Made by a program: the position numbers and the translations under genes
In this document: piece after piece, positions 34,423 through 42,627 of the stretch
Numbering within the stretch: the stretch's first letter is position 1
Layout of the letters: each line of letters starts with the position of its first letter
NCBI GenBank assembly: GCA_017651165.1
Contig: JAGCDH010000004.1
Coordinates: forward strand, 5,096 to 69,095
DNA length: 64,000 nt
Origin: Bacilli bacterium
GTDB lineage: Bacteria; Bacillota_I; Bacilli_A; RFN20; CAG-826
Direction of reading: 5' to 3'
Notes under the pieces: model-generated
What the model saw: the letters and a program-made list of their open reading frames with translations, nothing else
Databases searched by the model: none
Told to the model about the DNA's origin: nothing

Positions 34423-35256
34423 ATGGACATAATAGAAAAAATAGTGGCAATTCGAAAACAAAGAGGTATATCTCAACAAAAACTATCTGAAATGACTGGC
34501 ATTCTTCAACCTGTTATCGCTAGAGTTGAGTCAAAGAAAAGCTCACCGACCGTTGAATTCCTCTCAAAAATATTAAACGCTCTTGATTTAGAGCTTAGTT
34601 TAGTTGATTCTTTTGAATCACCGAAAGCAATTAAAAAAGTAATTAATGGTTTGCCTCACAAACGAATAAGCGTAGGAAGAAGTGGAGACAAGGTGTTTGT
34701 TTTTGGCGAGAAATATCTCTTAAAAATTAGTAATAATGCAAAGCAACTAAGATTAGAAAAAGAAAAAAACGAATGGATTGGTCAATACATAAAGAGTGCA
34801 AAAACAATTCAATATGTCGAAGAAGACATGTGTGGATATTATTTGAGAGAATATATCAGAGGCCACACTTTAATAGAAGAACAATATATTAACAATCCTA
34901 AAAGGCTTATCAATGTTTTAAAAGAGGTTGTAATGGAATTACGAAAAATGGATTCTTTTGATTGCCCATTTTCTTCACCTGATAGCATAGGAAATGATTT
35001 TGTACACGGCGATTTGTGTTTGCCTAATATTTTAGTCGATGATAATGATCGTTTTATTGGCTTTATAGATTTATCTAGTTGTGGCAAAGGAGACAAGCAA
35101 TATGATTATTGCTGGCTGCTATGGAGTTTTGAATATAATTTAAAAACCAAACAATATAGCGACTTGCTTCTAAAGGAATTAAACATTGAAATTGATGCGG
35201 GCGATTATCTTAGATATGTTGTTCTCAATATGATTAATGAATCCGGGAATTACTAA
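34423..35256 (+). CDS. XRE-type HTH fused to an aminoglycoside phosphotransferase (APH(3')-like) kinase domain
   Basis: The HTH reads IRKQRGISQQKLSEMTGILQPVIARVESKKSSPTVEFLSKIL. APH blocks are GRSGDKVFVFGEKYLLKI, the catalytic loop FVHGDLCLPNILV and FIDLSSCGKGDKQYDY. Confidence 0.7.
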   Translation: MDIIEKIVAIRKQRGISQQKLSEMTGILQPVIARVESKKSSPTVEFLSKILNALDLELSLVDSFESPKAIKKVINGLPHKRISVGRSGDKVFVFGEKYLLKISNNAKQLRLEKEKNEWIGQYIKSAKTIQYVEEDMCGYYLREYIRGHTLIEEQYINNPKRLINVLKEVVMELRKMDSFDCPFSSPDSIGNDFVHGDLCLPNILVDDNDRFIGFIDLSSCGKGDKQYDYCWLLWSFEYNLKTKQYSDLLLKELNIEIDAGDYLRYVVLNMINESGNY

Positions 35257-35267
35257 TAACATCTATT

Positions 35268-35504
35268 GATGCTTTAGCGGTTGGTGTTTCATTACACGCT
35301 GGATTATCCACAAGCGTGACTATTTGGCTACACGTATCGATTATTTGTGTTTTTACATTTGGTATTTCGCTGGTGGGTTTATTCCTTGGAAAGCAGATTT
35401 TAAAACTATTAAAAGACAAAACCGAAATCAGTGTGATAATCGGTGGTGCTATCTTAATTTTATTAGCAGTTTGGGTTGTTCTAAGTTACTACTTAGGTAT
35501 TTAA
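35268..35504 (+). pseudogene. mntP: Displaced mntP 3' fragment (right copy of the direct repeat)
   Basis: It encodes ..DALAVGVSLHAGLSTSVTIWLHVSIICVFTFGISLVGLFLGKQILKLLKDKTEISVIIGGAILILLAVWVVLSYYLGI with no 5' two-thirds of the gene. The stop at 35504 equals 33420 + 2084. Confidence 0.8.
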
Positions 35505-35546
35505 TTTCGTATGGGCATAAAGCGATTTTTAACCGCTTTATAAATG

Positions 35547-35555
35547 TGCTATAAT
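35547..35555 (+). promoter_or_regulatory. Extended -10 element (TGcTATAAT), possibly driving a leaderless transcript
   Basis: TGCTATAAT ends 5 nt before the GTG at 35561 and 8 nt before the ATG at 35564. No SD sequence is present. Confidence 0.35.
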
Positions 35556-35560
35556 ACCTA

Positions 35561-37339
35561 GTGATGATTAAACGAGTTAGAGATTCATATAAACATAACT
35601 TCGTCATTATTGCTTTTGGTCCATTTTTAAAGATCATCGAAGCGGCATTTGATTTACTCATACCTTTAATCATGAAGGCTGTTATTGATTTGAACTGTGG
35701 CAAAGAGCCATCTGGTCTTTCTGCATTTGTGAGATTCTTTAATCCCAAAGAAATAAGAAGCCTCGACATTGTTGTAGGTATGGTAATCATCCTTATCATG
35801 GGTATTGTTGGCTATGTGATTACAATGATTAGCCAATACTTAGCCGCGAGAGCCTCTGTTAATGTTGGAACAGAAGTTAGAGGTGCTTTATACCGCAAAG
35901 CGGTAACCTTATCAAAAATAGAAAGAGATAAGATTGGTAATGCCCGTTTACTAACACTCATCAATAGTGATACATATCAATTACAACATGGTGTTTTACT
36001 CTTTGTACGTTTGGTTGTTAGGGCGCCTTTCATCTTGATTGGTTCACTTATTATTTCGTTTATTCTTAACTGGAAGATTGGTTTAGCCTTTACTGCGATT
36101 GTACCAATGATTCTATTAGTCAATTTCTTAATTTTAAGAAAAACTTCTAAAAAGTATGTGGAAATACAAAGTGATTTAGATGATTTATCCAATAGCACAA
36201 GTGAGACTGGTGATGGGGCTAGAATCATTAGAGCGTCAAACCAAGAAAAACAAGAAAATGATAAGTTTGAAAAGAGAACTTCTTCTTATGAAGAAAAGAG
36301 CATCAAGGTCAATCGTTTAAACGCTTTAATTAATCCATTAACATTCGCTATTACTTCGATTGTTTTAATCGTCATCATTTTGTTGTTACAAAATAACTTA
36401 TTTAGTGGTGATGTCGCTATTGCGTCCACAATTATTGCGGAGATGGCTTATTTATCACAAATCTTCTTTGTGGTAGTGCAGTTATCACAAGTCACTGTTG
36501 AGATCGTTAAAGCTGGCGTTTCTGGAAAAAGAATCGACCACGTGCTAGCAATTGAAACAAAAATAGTGAATAGTGATAATCCAAAAACAGGCTCTGCTAA
36601 ATATGGCGAAGAGTTAATCAAATTTAATAATGTGAGTTTTTCGTTCAATGAAGATAATAACTATTTTTTAAACGACCTCAATTTTGAGATTAGAAAAGGT
36701 GAAACGTTTGGTATTATCGGTGGTACTGGTAGTGGTAAATCCACGATTATCAACTTAATTGAAAGGTTCTATGAAGCTACTTCAGGTTCTATTTCTTATA
36801 AAGGCATTCCTTTAAAGGAATATGACTTAAATTCTTTAAGAAAGGATATTGGTTTAGTTGGCCAAAAATCATCCTTATTTAATGGTTCGATCAAAGAAAA
36901 CTTCTTGATGAGCAATAAAACCGCAACCGATGAAGAGATGATCTCCGCTCTTAAATTAGCGGAAGCCTACGAATTCGTTAGTCAGTATGAAGATGGTTTA
37001 GACCATCAAATCAAAGAAGGTGGCACAAATCTTTCAGGCGGTCAAAAACAAAGACTTTGTATCGCAAGAGCACTCATAAGAAAACCAGAGTTATTAATCT
37101 TAGATGATTCAACATCCGCTTTAGATTTATTAACGGATAAAAAGATTAGAAATAATATCAAAGATATTAAAGATATGACTAAGGTCATAGTTTCTCAACG
37201 CGTTTCCACAATTCAAAACGCTGATTTTATCTTGGTTTTAGAAGGCGGCAAAGTGGTGGGACAAGGTAAACACAACGATCTATTGGACAACTGTCCGATT
37301 TATCGTGAAATATATGAAACACAAGTAAAGAAAGGCTAG
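35561..37339 (+). CDS. Heterodimeric ABC multidrug-type exporter, subunit with a degenerate catalytic site
   Basis: TMD plus NBD. Walker A GGTGSGKST, signature LSGGQKQRLCIARAL. Walker B is LLILDDSTSALD, with Asp in place of the catalytic Glu. The start is ambiguous (GTG 35561 or ATG 35564). Confidence 0.85.
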   Translation: MMIKRVRDSYKHNFVIIAFGPFLKIIEAAFDLLIPLIMKAVIDLNCGKEPSGLSAFVRFFNPKEIRSLDIVVGMVIILIMGIVGYVITMISQYLAARASVNVGTEVRGALYRKAVTLSKIERDKIGNARLLTLINSDTYQLQHGVLLFVRLVVRAPFILIGSLIISFILNWKIGLAFTAIVPMILLVNFLILRKTSKKYVEIQSDLDDLSNSTSETGDGARIIRASNQEKQENDKFEKRTSSYEEKSIKVNRLNALINPLTFAITSIVLIVIILLLQNNLFSGDVAIASTIIAEMAYLSQIFFVVVQLSQVTVEIVKAGVSGKRIDHVLAIETKIVNSDNPKTGSAKYGEELIKFNNVSFSFNEDNNYFLNDLNFEIRKGETFGIIGGTGSGKSTIINLIERFYEATSGSISYKGIPLKEYDLNSLRKDIGLVGQKSSLFNGSIKENFLMSNKTATDEEMISALKLAEAYEFVSQYEDGLDHQIKEGGTNLSGGQKQRLCIARALIRKPELLILDDSTSALDLLTDKKIRNNIKDIKDMTKVIVSQRVSTIQNADFILVLEGGKVVGQGKHNDLLDNCPIYREIYETQVKKG

Positions 37340-37340
37340 T

Positions 37341-39062
37341 ATGAGCAATAAGAAAAGGTTGATGACATATCTAAAACCAATGCGTAAGTCATTAATTATG
37401 GCGATGATCTTTGCATTGCTCTTTGTTGTGGCACAAATTGCCCAGCCATTCTTGCTTGGCAAGGCTATAGATGCAGTCGGTTTTTCAGAGCGTGATAAAT
37501 ATTATATTTATACATTTGTTGCTCTCGGTTTAGCGATAGGTGGAATTGTCTTTGCGTATTTATTCGAAGTCATCGTGATGAACATGTCGCAAAAAGTCAT
37601 TAGGAGAATGAGGAATGATGTTTATCGAAAGATAAATTCTATATCAGTTAAAGACTTTGATAAAAAAGCTCATGGTGATTTAGCGCTTCTTGAAATCCGC
37701 GATATGGAGAATATCGCCGCTGGTTTATTCGCGGTCTTTAAAACACTTATTCAAGGCATATTTACTATCATTGTTACCATTATTTTAATGGTAATGTTGC
37801 ATTGGTTCTTAGCAATTGGTGTCATTATTCTTTCACCTCTTAGCATGTTTATGGCGATGATTGTTTCTGGTTTCTCAAACAAGCACTATAAGAAACAAGG
37901 TCAATTACAAGCGGAAGTATCTTCTTTAACTCTTGAAACATTGAACAACATTGATGTTGTGCAATCGTTGAACTATGAGGAGGCTTCCACTGAAAGATTT
38001 GATGAAGCCAATAAAGCACTCAAGAAAGAGGGCAGAGTAGCCCAATTCTCAGCTTCTTGGGTTAATCCTTCAACAAGATTGGTCAATAATACCATCTACG
38101 CTGTTATAGGCGCTGTAGGCGTTTATTTATTATCAAGAAGCGACCCATTTATATTTATCACTATGTCAATTGGTCGATTATCATCATTCCTTTCATATAC
38201 CAATCAATACAGTAAACCATTTAATGAGATTTCAAATGTGGCCGCTGAATACGAAAACGCCAAAGCTTCATTAAGAAGAATTAACGAATTCCTTAACCTT
38301 GAAGACGATGTTAATAATGGCGATGCTCTAATCAACGACATTGAATCAATCGAATTCAAAAATATGAGTTTCTCATATGATGAGAATCAAAAGCTAATAG
38401 AGAATTTAAACCTCACAATCAAGAAAGGCCAAAAGGTCGCGATAGTGGGACCGACGGGCGCTGGTAAGACTACGCTTATTAATTTACTTATGCGTTTCTA
38501 TGATCCTATTGATGGCGATATACGCTTCAATGATAAATCTTATTTACAAGTAAATAAGTCTTCTTTAAGAACTAGTATTGGCATGGTTTTACAAGATACC
38601 TGGATCTTTACTGGCACAATTATGGATAACATCCGCTATTTCAGGCAAGACGCTAGTGATGAAGAGGTCAAAGAAGCGGCAAAGAAGGCACACGTGGATA
38701 TACTTATCGATACTTTACCAGACGGATATATGACTAGAGTCAGCAATAAATCTGGACTCTCCGAAGGCCAAAGACAAATGATTGCTATAGCAAGAGTAAT
38801 GTTGTTAAATCCACAACTAGTAATTTTGGATGAAGCAACCAGTAATATCGATACGAGAAGTGAGAAACTTATCACTGATGCTTTTGATCAAATGATGAAA
38901 GAGAAAACGTCGATTGTCATCGCCCATAGATTATCCACAATTGAAGGGGCTGACATCATTATCGTGATGAAAGATGGTGCAGTTGTTGAAACTGGTAACC
39001 ATAAAGAGTTGATGAAGAAGCAAGGATTCTACTATTCCCTTTATTCTTCACAGTATAAATAG
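37341..39062 (+). CDS. Heterodimeric ABC multidrug-type exporter, consensus-site subunit
   Basis: Walker A GPTGAGKTT, signature LSEGQRQMIAIARVM, Walker B LVILDEATSNID. It starts 1 nt after the partner gene. Confidence 0.85.
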   Translation: MSNKKRLMTYLKPMRKSLIMAMIFALLFVVAQIAQPFLLGKAIDAVGFSERDKYYIYTFVALGLAIGGIVFAYLFEVIVMNMSQKVIRRMRNDVYRKINSISVKDFDKKAHGDLALLEIRDMENIAAGLFAVFKTLIQGIFTIIVTIILMVMLHWFLAIGVIILSPLSMFMAMIVSGFSNKHYKKQGQLQAEVSSLTLETLNNIDVVQSLNYEEASTERFDEANKALKKEGRVAQFSASWVNPSTRLVNNTIYAVIGAVGVYLLSRSDPFIFITMSIGRLSSFLSYTNQYSKPFNEISNVAAEYENAKASLRRINEFLNLEDDVNNGDALINDIESIEFKNMSFSYDENQKLIENLNLTIKKGQKVAIVGPTGAGKTTLINLLMRFYDPIDGDIRFNDKSYLQVNKSSLRTSIGMVLQDTWIFTGTIMDNIRYFRQDASDEEVKEAAKKAHVDILIDTLPDGYMTRVSNKSGLSEGQRQMIAIARVMLLNPQLVILDEATSNIDTRSEKLITDAFDQMMKEKTSIVIAHRLSTIEGADIIIVMKDGAVVETGNHKELMKKQGFYYSLYSSQYK

Positions 39063-39130
39063 GAGGAGCGTAGCCTTATTTATTTGACTGATTTACGTTA
39101 TATTTAAGGTACGAATAATAGTGTGTTGAT

Positions 39131-39802
39131 ATGAAGATCCTATTAGTTGAAGATTCTTTACAGTTAAACAAAGCTTTATCGACAGTCTTAAAAAGAAACT
39201 CCTATATTGTCGATAGTGCTTTTGATGGTGAAGAAGCTTTGCTTTATATAAAGCAATCTACATATGACGCTATTATACTGGACATCATGTTACCAAAGGT
39301 AAATGGCTTGGAAGTCTTAAAGCAAGTTCGTTCACAAAAGTTGGAAACACCAATCATTATGTTGACTGCGAAAAGCACAACAGAAGATAAGATACATGGT
39401 CTTGATTTAGGCGCTGATGATTATTTGCCTAAGCCATTCTCTGTTGATGAACTATTAGCGAGATTACGTGCTTTGATGAGACGTAAACCAAAATACGACG
39501 AAGATCAAAAAGAAGAGTTTGGCGATTTATCATTAGACACCAATAGTTTTGTTTTATCATGTGGCGATAAATCAGTTCCTTTAATGAACAAAGAATTTCA
39601 TATTATGTCTTTACTTATGAAGTCAAACGGCAAAGTTGTATCATTAGATACAATCAGTAAAAGCGCATGGGATACAGATTCGTATTCCACAAGCGAAAAT
39701 GTCTGGGTTTTCATTTCTTACTTAAGAAAGAAGATTGAGAAGCTTCAATCTAAAGTCAAAATTAAATCCATCCGTTATCAAGGTTACTATTTGGAGTTCT
39801 AG
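39131..39802 (+). CDS. OmpR-family response regulator
   Basis: The receiver domain has MKILLVEDS, DAIILDIMLP and LTAK. The C-terminal winged helix has IRYQGYYLE. Confidence 0.9.
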   Translation: MKILLVEDSLQLNKALSTVLKRNSYIVDSAFDGEEALLYIKQSTYDAIILDIMLPKVNGLEVLKQVRSQKLETPIIMLTAKSTTEDKIHGLDLGADDYLPKPFSVDELLARLRALMRRKPKYDEDQKEEFGDLSLDTNSFVLSCGDKSVPLMNKEFHIMSLLMKSNGKVVSLDTISKSAWDTDSYSTSENVWVFISYLRKKIEKLQSKVKIKSIRYQGYYLEF

Positions 39803-41068
39803 ATGATTAAGAAACTGAGATTACGTTTTATTATTAGTGCCTTGTTATCAATTCTTTTCGTTTTGAGTGCAACTATTGTTGCAATTAATGTTTCTAACTA
39901 CATCAAAACCGAAAATGAATCCACAAGGATTCTTAATATGATTGCCGAGAACGAACAAAAAGACATTACTGACCCAGGTGGTTCCGGTGGTGGTACTTGG
40001 GGTGGCTATGGTGGTGGTAATAGACCACCAAGAGAAAACGATAATAGAAACAGAGAACACTATTTTATAGTGTTGTTTAGCACTGAAGGCGATATTTTAT
40101 ATTCTAACTACTCCCATATTTTTACCATTGAAGATGAAGCGGCCCAAAACCTCGCTATTGAAGTTTTCCAAGGCAAGGAAACTCAAGGAAAACGCGGTAA
40201 TTTACGTTATAAAAAAGAAGATGTGACTTATAGTACTTCTGGACCAATGCCTTTTGAATACAAATACGTTTTCGTCACTTTCGTCGATATTTCAGAAAGA
40301 ATGAATTCATTTGATGAATTCTTAATGAATTCAGTAATTATTTCTAGTGTCAGTTATGCCGTTATTGCGGCGTTAATCATTATCTCCAGTCACTTTGTCT
40401 TTAAGACAAGCGAAGAATCATACAAGAAGCAAAAAGCCTTTATCACCAATGCTTCACACGAACTAAAAACACCATTGACCATTATCAATACTGATATTGA
40501 GATTTTGAAAATGGATCATGGTGATAATGAATGGACTGATTCTATTACTGATCAGGTTAGAAGATTAACAAATATGACTAACCAATTAGTGACTCTTTCA
40601 AAATTAGACGAGAACTCTTTGGATAACTATCCATTAACTAATATTTCATTAACTGAGCTCGCTAAAGAAAGCGTTAATGCTTTCTCACCAACGTTTGAAA
40701 AGAATGGATTTAACTTTTCTAGCGATATTGCGGAAGATTTAGTGGTTAAGGGTAATCGTTATTTAATTAATGAATTATTTTATATATTTATGGATAATGC
40801 GCTTAAGTATGCGAAACCAAAAGGCGACATCTCTTTAAGCGTTAAGAAAAATAAGAATAAAGTGGAGATTAACTTTGTTAACGATATAGAAGATGAAGAA
40901 GTTGATATTAATCAATTATTTGAAAGATTCTATCGCAGCCCACATTCTTCTAAAAAAGAAGGCTCAGGTATTGGTCTAAGTATCGCTAAAGAAATAGTGG
41001 ATTTGCATAAAGCAAAAATCAGTGTTTCTATTAAGAATCAAAAGATCTATTTCACCATCGTTTTCTAA
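39803..41068 (+). CDS. Sensor histidine kinase (HisKA/HATPase_c) with a Gly-rich extracytoplasmic loop
   Basis: H-box FITNASHELKTPLT, N-box NALKYA, G-box GSGIGLSIAKEIV. The loop between the two TM helices contains GGSGGGTWGGYGGGNRPPRENDNRNRE. Confidence 0.85.
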   Translation: MIKKLRLRFIISALLSILFVLSATIVAINVSNYIKTENESTRILNMIAENEQKDITDPGGSGGGTWGGYGGGNRPPRENDNRNREHYFIVLFSTEGDILYSNYSHIFTIEDEAAQNLAIEVFQGKETQGKRGNLRYKKEDVTYSTSGPMPFEYKYVFVTFVDISERMNSFDEFLMNSVIISSVSYAVIAALIIISSHFVFKTSEESYKKQKAFITNASHELKTPLTIINTDIEILKMDHGDNEWTDSITDQVRRLTNMTNQLVTLSKLDENSLDNYPLTNISLTELAKESVNAFSPTFEKNGFNFSSDIAEDLVVKGNRYLINELFYIFMDNALKYAKPKGDISLSVKKNKNKVEINFVNDIEDEEVDINQLFERFYRSPHSSKKEGSGIGLSIAKEIVDLHKAKISVSIKNQKIYFTIVF

Positions 41069-41195
41069 AACAAAACAGGCTTCAAATAAATCAATCCAAT
41101 TTTAAGTTTATTTAAGTTTGTTTTTTTATTATGAAGATGACTTTAATAGAAAAAGTCAAACGTGTTTCCCTTTTTAGCGATGAAAGGAGGGTGTC

Positions 41196-41930
41196 ATGGA
41201 AACAATCACAGTCATGAAGCGATATGAAATGAAGTATATCCTTTCTAGAGAACAATTGTTCTTTCTTCTTCAATCTTTGTGTGGCCATATGGAAGTTGAT
41301 CAATATGGTAAAACCTCTATTGCTTCGATTTACTATGACACCCCCGATTATCGCGTCATAAGGGCCTCAATTGAAAAACCCGCCTTCAAAGAAAAGATTA
41401 GATTAAGATCATATGGTGTCGCTAAGAATAACGACCACGTGTATCTAGAAATCAAAAGAAAAATGGAAGGTGTTGTCTATAAAAGAAGAATCGAAACAAA
41501 CGAAGAAACGGCTTCCTTATTTTTAAATAATAAGATTGAAACTATTGGTTCTAGCCAAATATCAAGAGAACTAAAGTATTTTAGAAATTTCTATGGAAAG
41601 TTAGAACCCAAAGTCATGATTGCTTATGATCGTACATCATATGCAGAAATAAACGGTGATATTAGATTAACTATTGATGAGAATCCAAGATATCGCACAT
41701 TCGATTTAAATCTCCATACATCAATGGAAGGTCAGCCCCTATTACCTATTGGAAGCGCCATTCTTGAAATCAAAGTGCAACAAGAAATGCCTCTATGGTT
41801 AGTGGAAATTCTTTCCAAAGGAAAGATTTATAAGACAAGCTTCTCAAAAGTCGGAGAAGCCTATAAGAAAATATGCGCTCATAACGTCATGAGAAACGAA
41901 AGGAGAGTACGCCATGAAGTCGCTGTTTGA
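41196..41930 (+). CDS. VTC-domain (polyphosphate polymerase / CYTH-like tunnel) protein
   Basis: The N-terminal KRYEMKYIL signature and a basic beta-strand pattern (KIRLRSY, YLEIKRK, YKRR, RLTIDEN, ILEIK) are typical of bacterial VTC-domain proteins. RBS AAAGGAGGG. Confidence 0.65.
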   Translation: METITVMKRYEMKYILSREQLFFLLQSLCGHMEVDQYGKTSIASIYYDTPDYRVIRASIEKPAFKEKIRLRSYGVAKNNDHVYLEIKRKMEGVVYKRRIETNEETASLFLNNKIETIGSSQISRELKYFRNFYGKLEPKVMIAYDRTSYAEINGDIRLTIDENPRYRTFDLNLHTSMEGQPLLPIGSAILEIKVQQEMPLWLVEILSKGKIYKTSFSKVGEAYKKICAHNVMRNERRVRHEVAV

Positions 41931-42612
41931 TTTATTACCTAACGTCGATAGTGTTTGGGTCGCTTTAATGGTAACTGCGATTGCTTTTGCTATTAGCTTA
42001 GTATTCACATTCCTTGTTTCTTTGAAGATGAGAGGAACGAAGAGTTTCTTTATTACATCCGCGATTATGCCAATGATTGTGGCCGCAGTTATTTCGATGG
42101 TTTCAATATTCTTAGATAATACCGCCACTGGAGCGGTGAGAATTGCTACCATTGCCGTTGCACTTGGCTTAATTAGATTTAGAAGCACTAATGGGCGTGC
42201 GGAAGAGCTATCGCTCTTATTCGCAGGAATCGCCACTGGTTTAGTGTGTGGCTTAGGCTATGTTTTATTCGCCTTTGTCTTCGCTTTTGTGGTCGCGGTT
42301 CTCTATCTTGCTTTATCTAGCGTAAAACTCTTTAGCAACAAAAGGTTCAATAATGAAAAGTTATTAAAAATCACTATTCCAGAATCCTTAGAATATAGCG
42401 AAGTATTTAGCGATACTTTCTCCACATATTTAAAAACAAATGAACTCGTAGAAGTAAAAACAACAGGCATGGGATCGCTTTTTAGGCTCTCATATCGTAT
42501 TGAATTAAACGATATCAAAGAAGAAAAACAATTCATTGATGAATTAAGAACCAAGAATGGAAATTTAGAAATTTCTATTCTGCCATATGTAATTGAGAAC
42601 AAATCTCTATAG
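41914..42612 (+). CDS. DUF4956-type membrane protein
   Basis: Four TM helices, with the central block LGLIRFRSTNGRAEELSLLFAGIATGLVCGLG. It overlaps the VTC gene by 17 nt. Confidence 0.6.
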   Translation: MKSLFDLLPNVDSVWVALMVTAIAFAISLVFTFLVSLKMRGTKSFFITSAIMPMIVAAVISMVSIFLDNTATGAVRIATIAVALGLIRFRSTNGRAEELSLLFAGIATGLVCGLGYVLFAFVFAFVVAVLYLALSSVKLFSNKRFNNEKLLKITIPESLEYSEVFSDTFSTYLKTNELVEVKTTGMGSLFRLSYRIELNDIKEEKQFIDELRTKNGNLEISILPYVIENKSL

Positions 42613-42627
42613 TAATGAGGTGATAGT

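Larger units (their letters stand above)
33421..35267 (+). mobile_element. 1.85-kb two-gene insertion cassette bounded by duplicated mntP 3' ends (no recombinase seen)
   Basis: It starts right after the mntP stop and ends 11 nt after the APH-fusion stop, where the mntP-derived sequence resumes. Confidence 0.4.

Noticed and set aside
35316-35504. The 62-aa ORF from the track (MTIWLHVSIIC...) taken as an independent small membrane-protein gene.
   Set aside because: It is the C-terminal third of MntP duplicated at the cassette boundary. It has no ATG start, RBS or promoter of its own, so I call it a gene remnant.
39950-40040. The GGT-rich stretch in the histidine kinase gene (also 43660-43685 in the beta-helix gene) interpreted as a DNA-level repeat or contingency tract.
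   Set aside because: The codons are mixed (ggt/ggc/gga/tgg/tat) with no unit periodicity. It is simply a Gly-rich coding segment.
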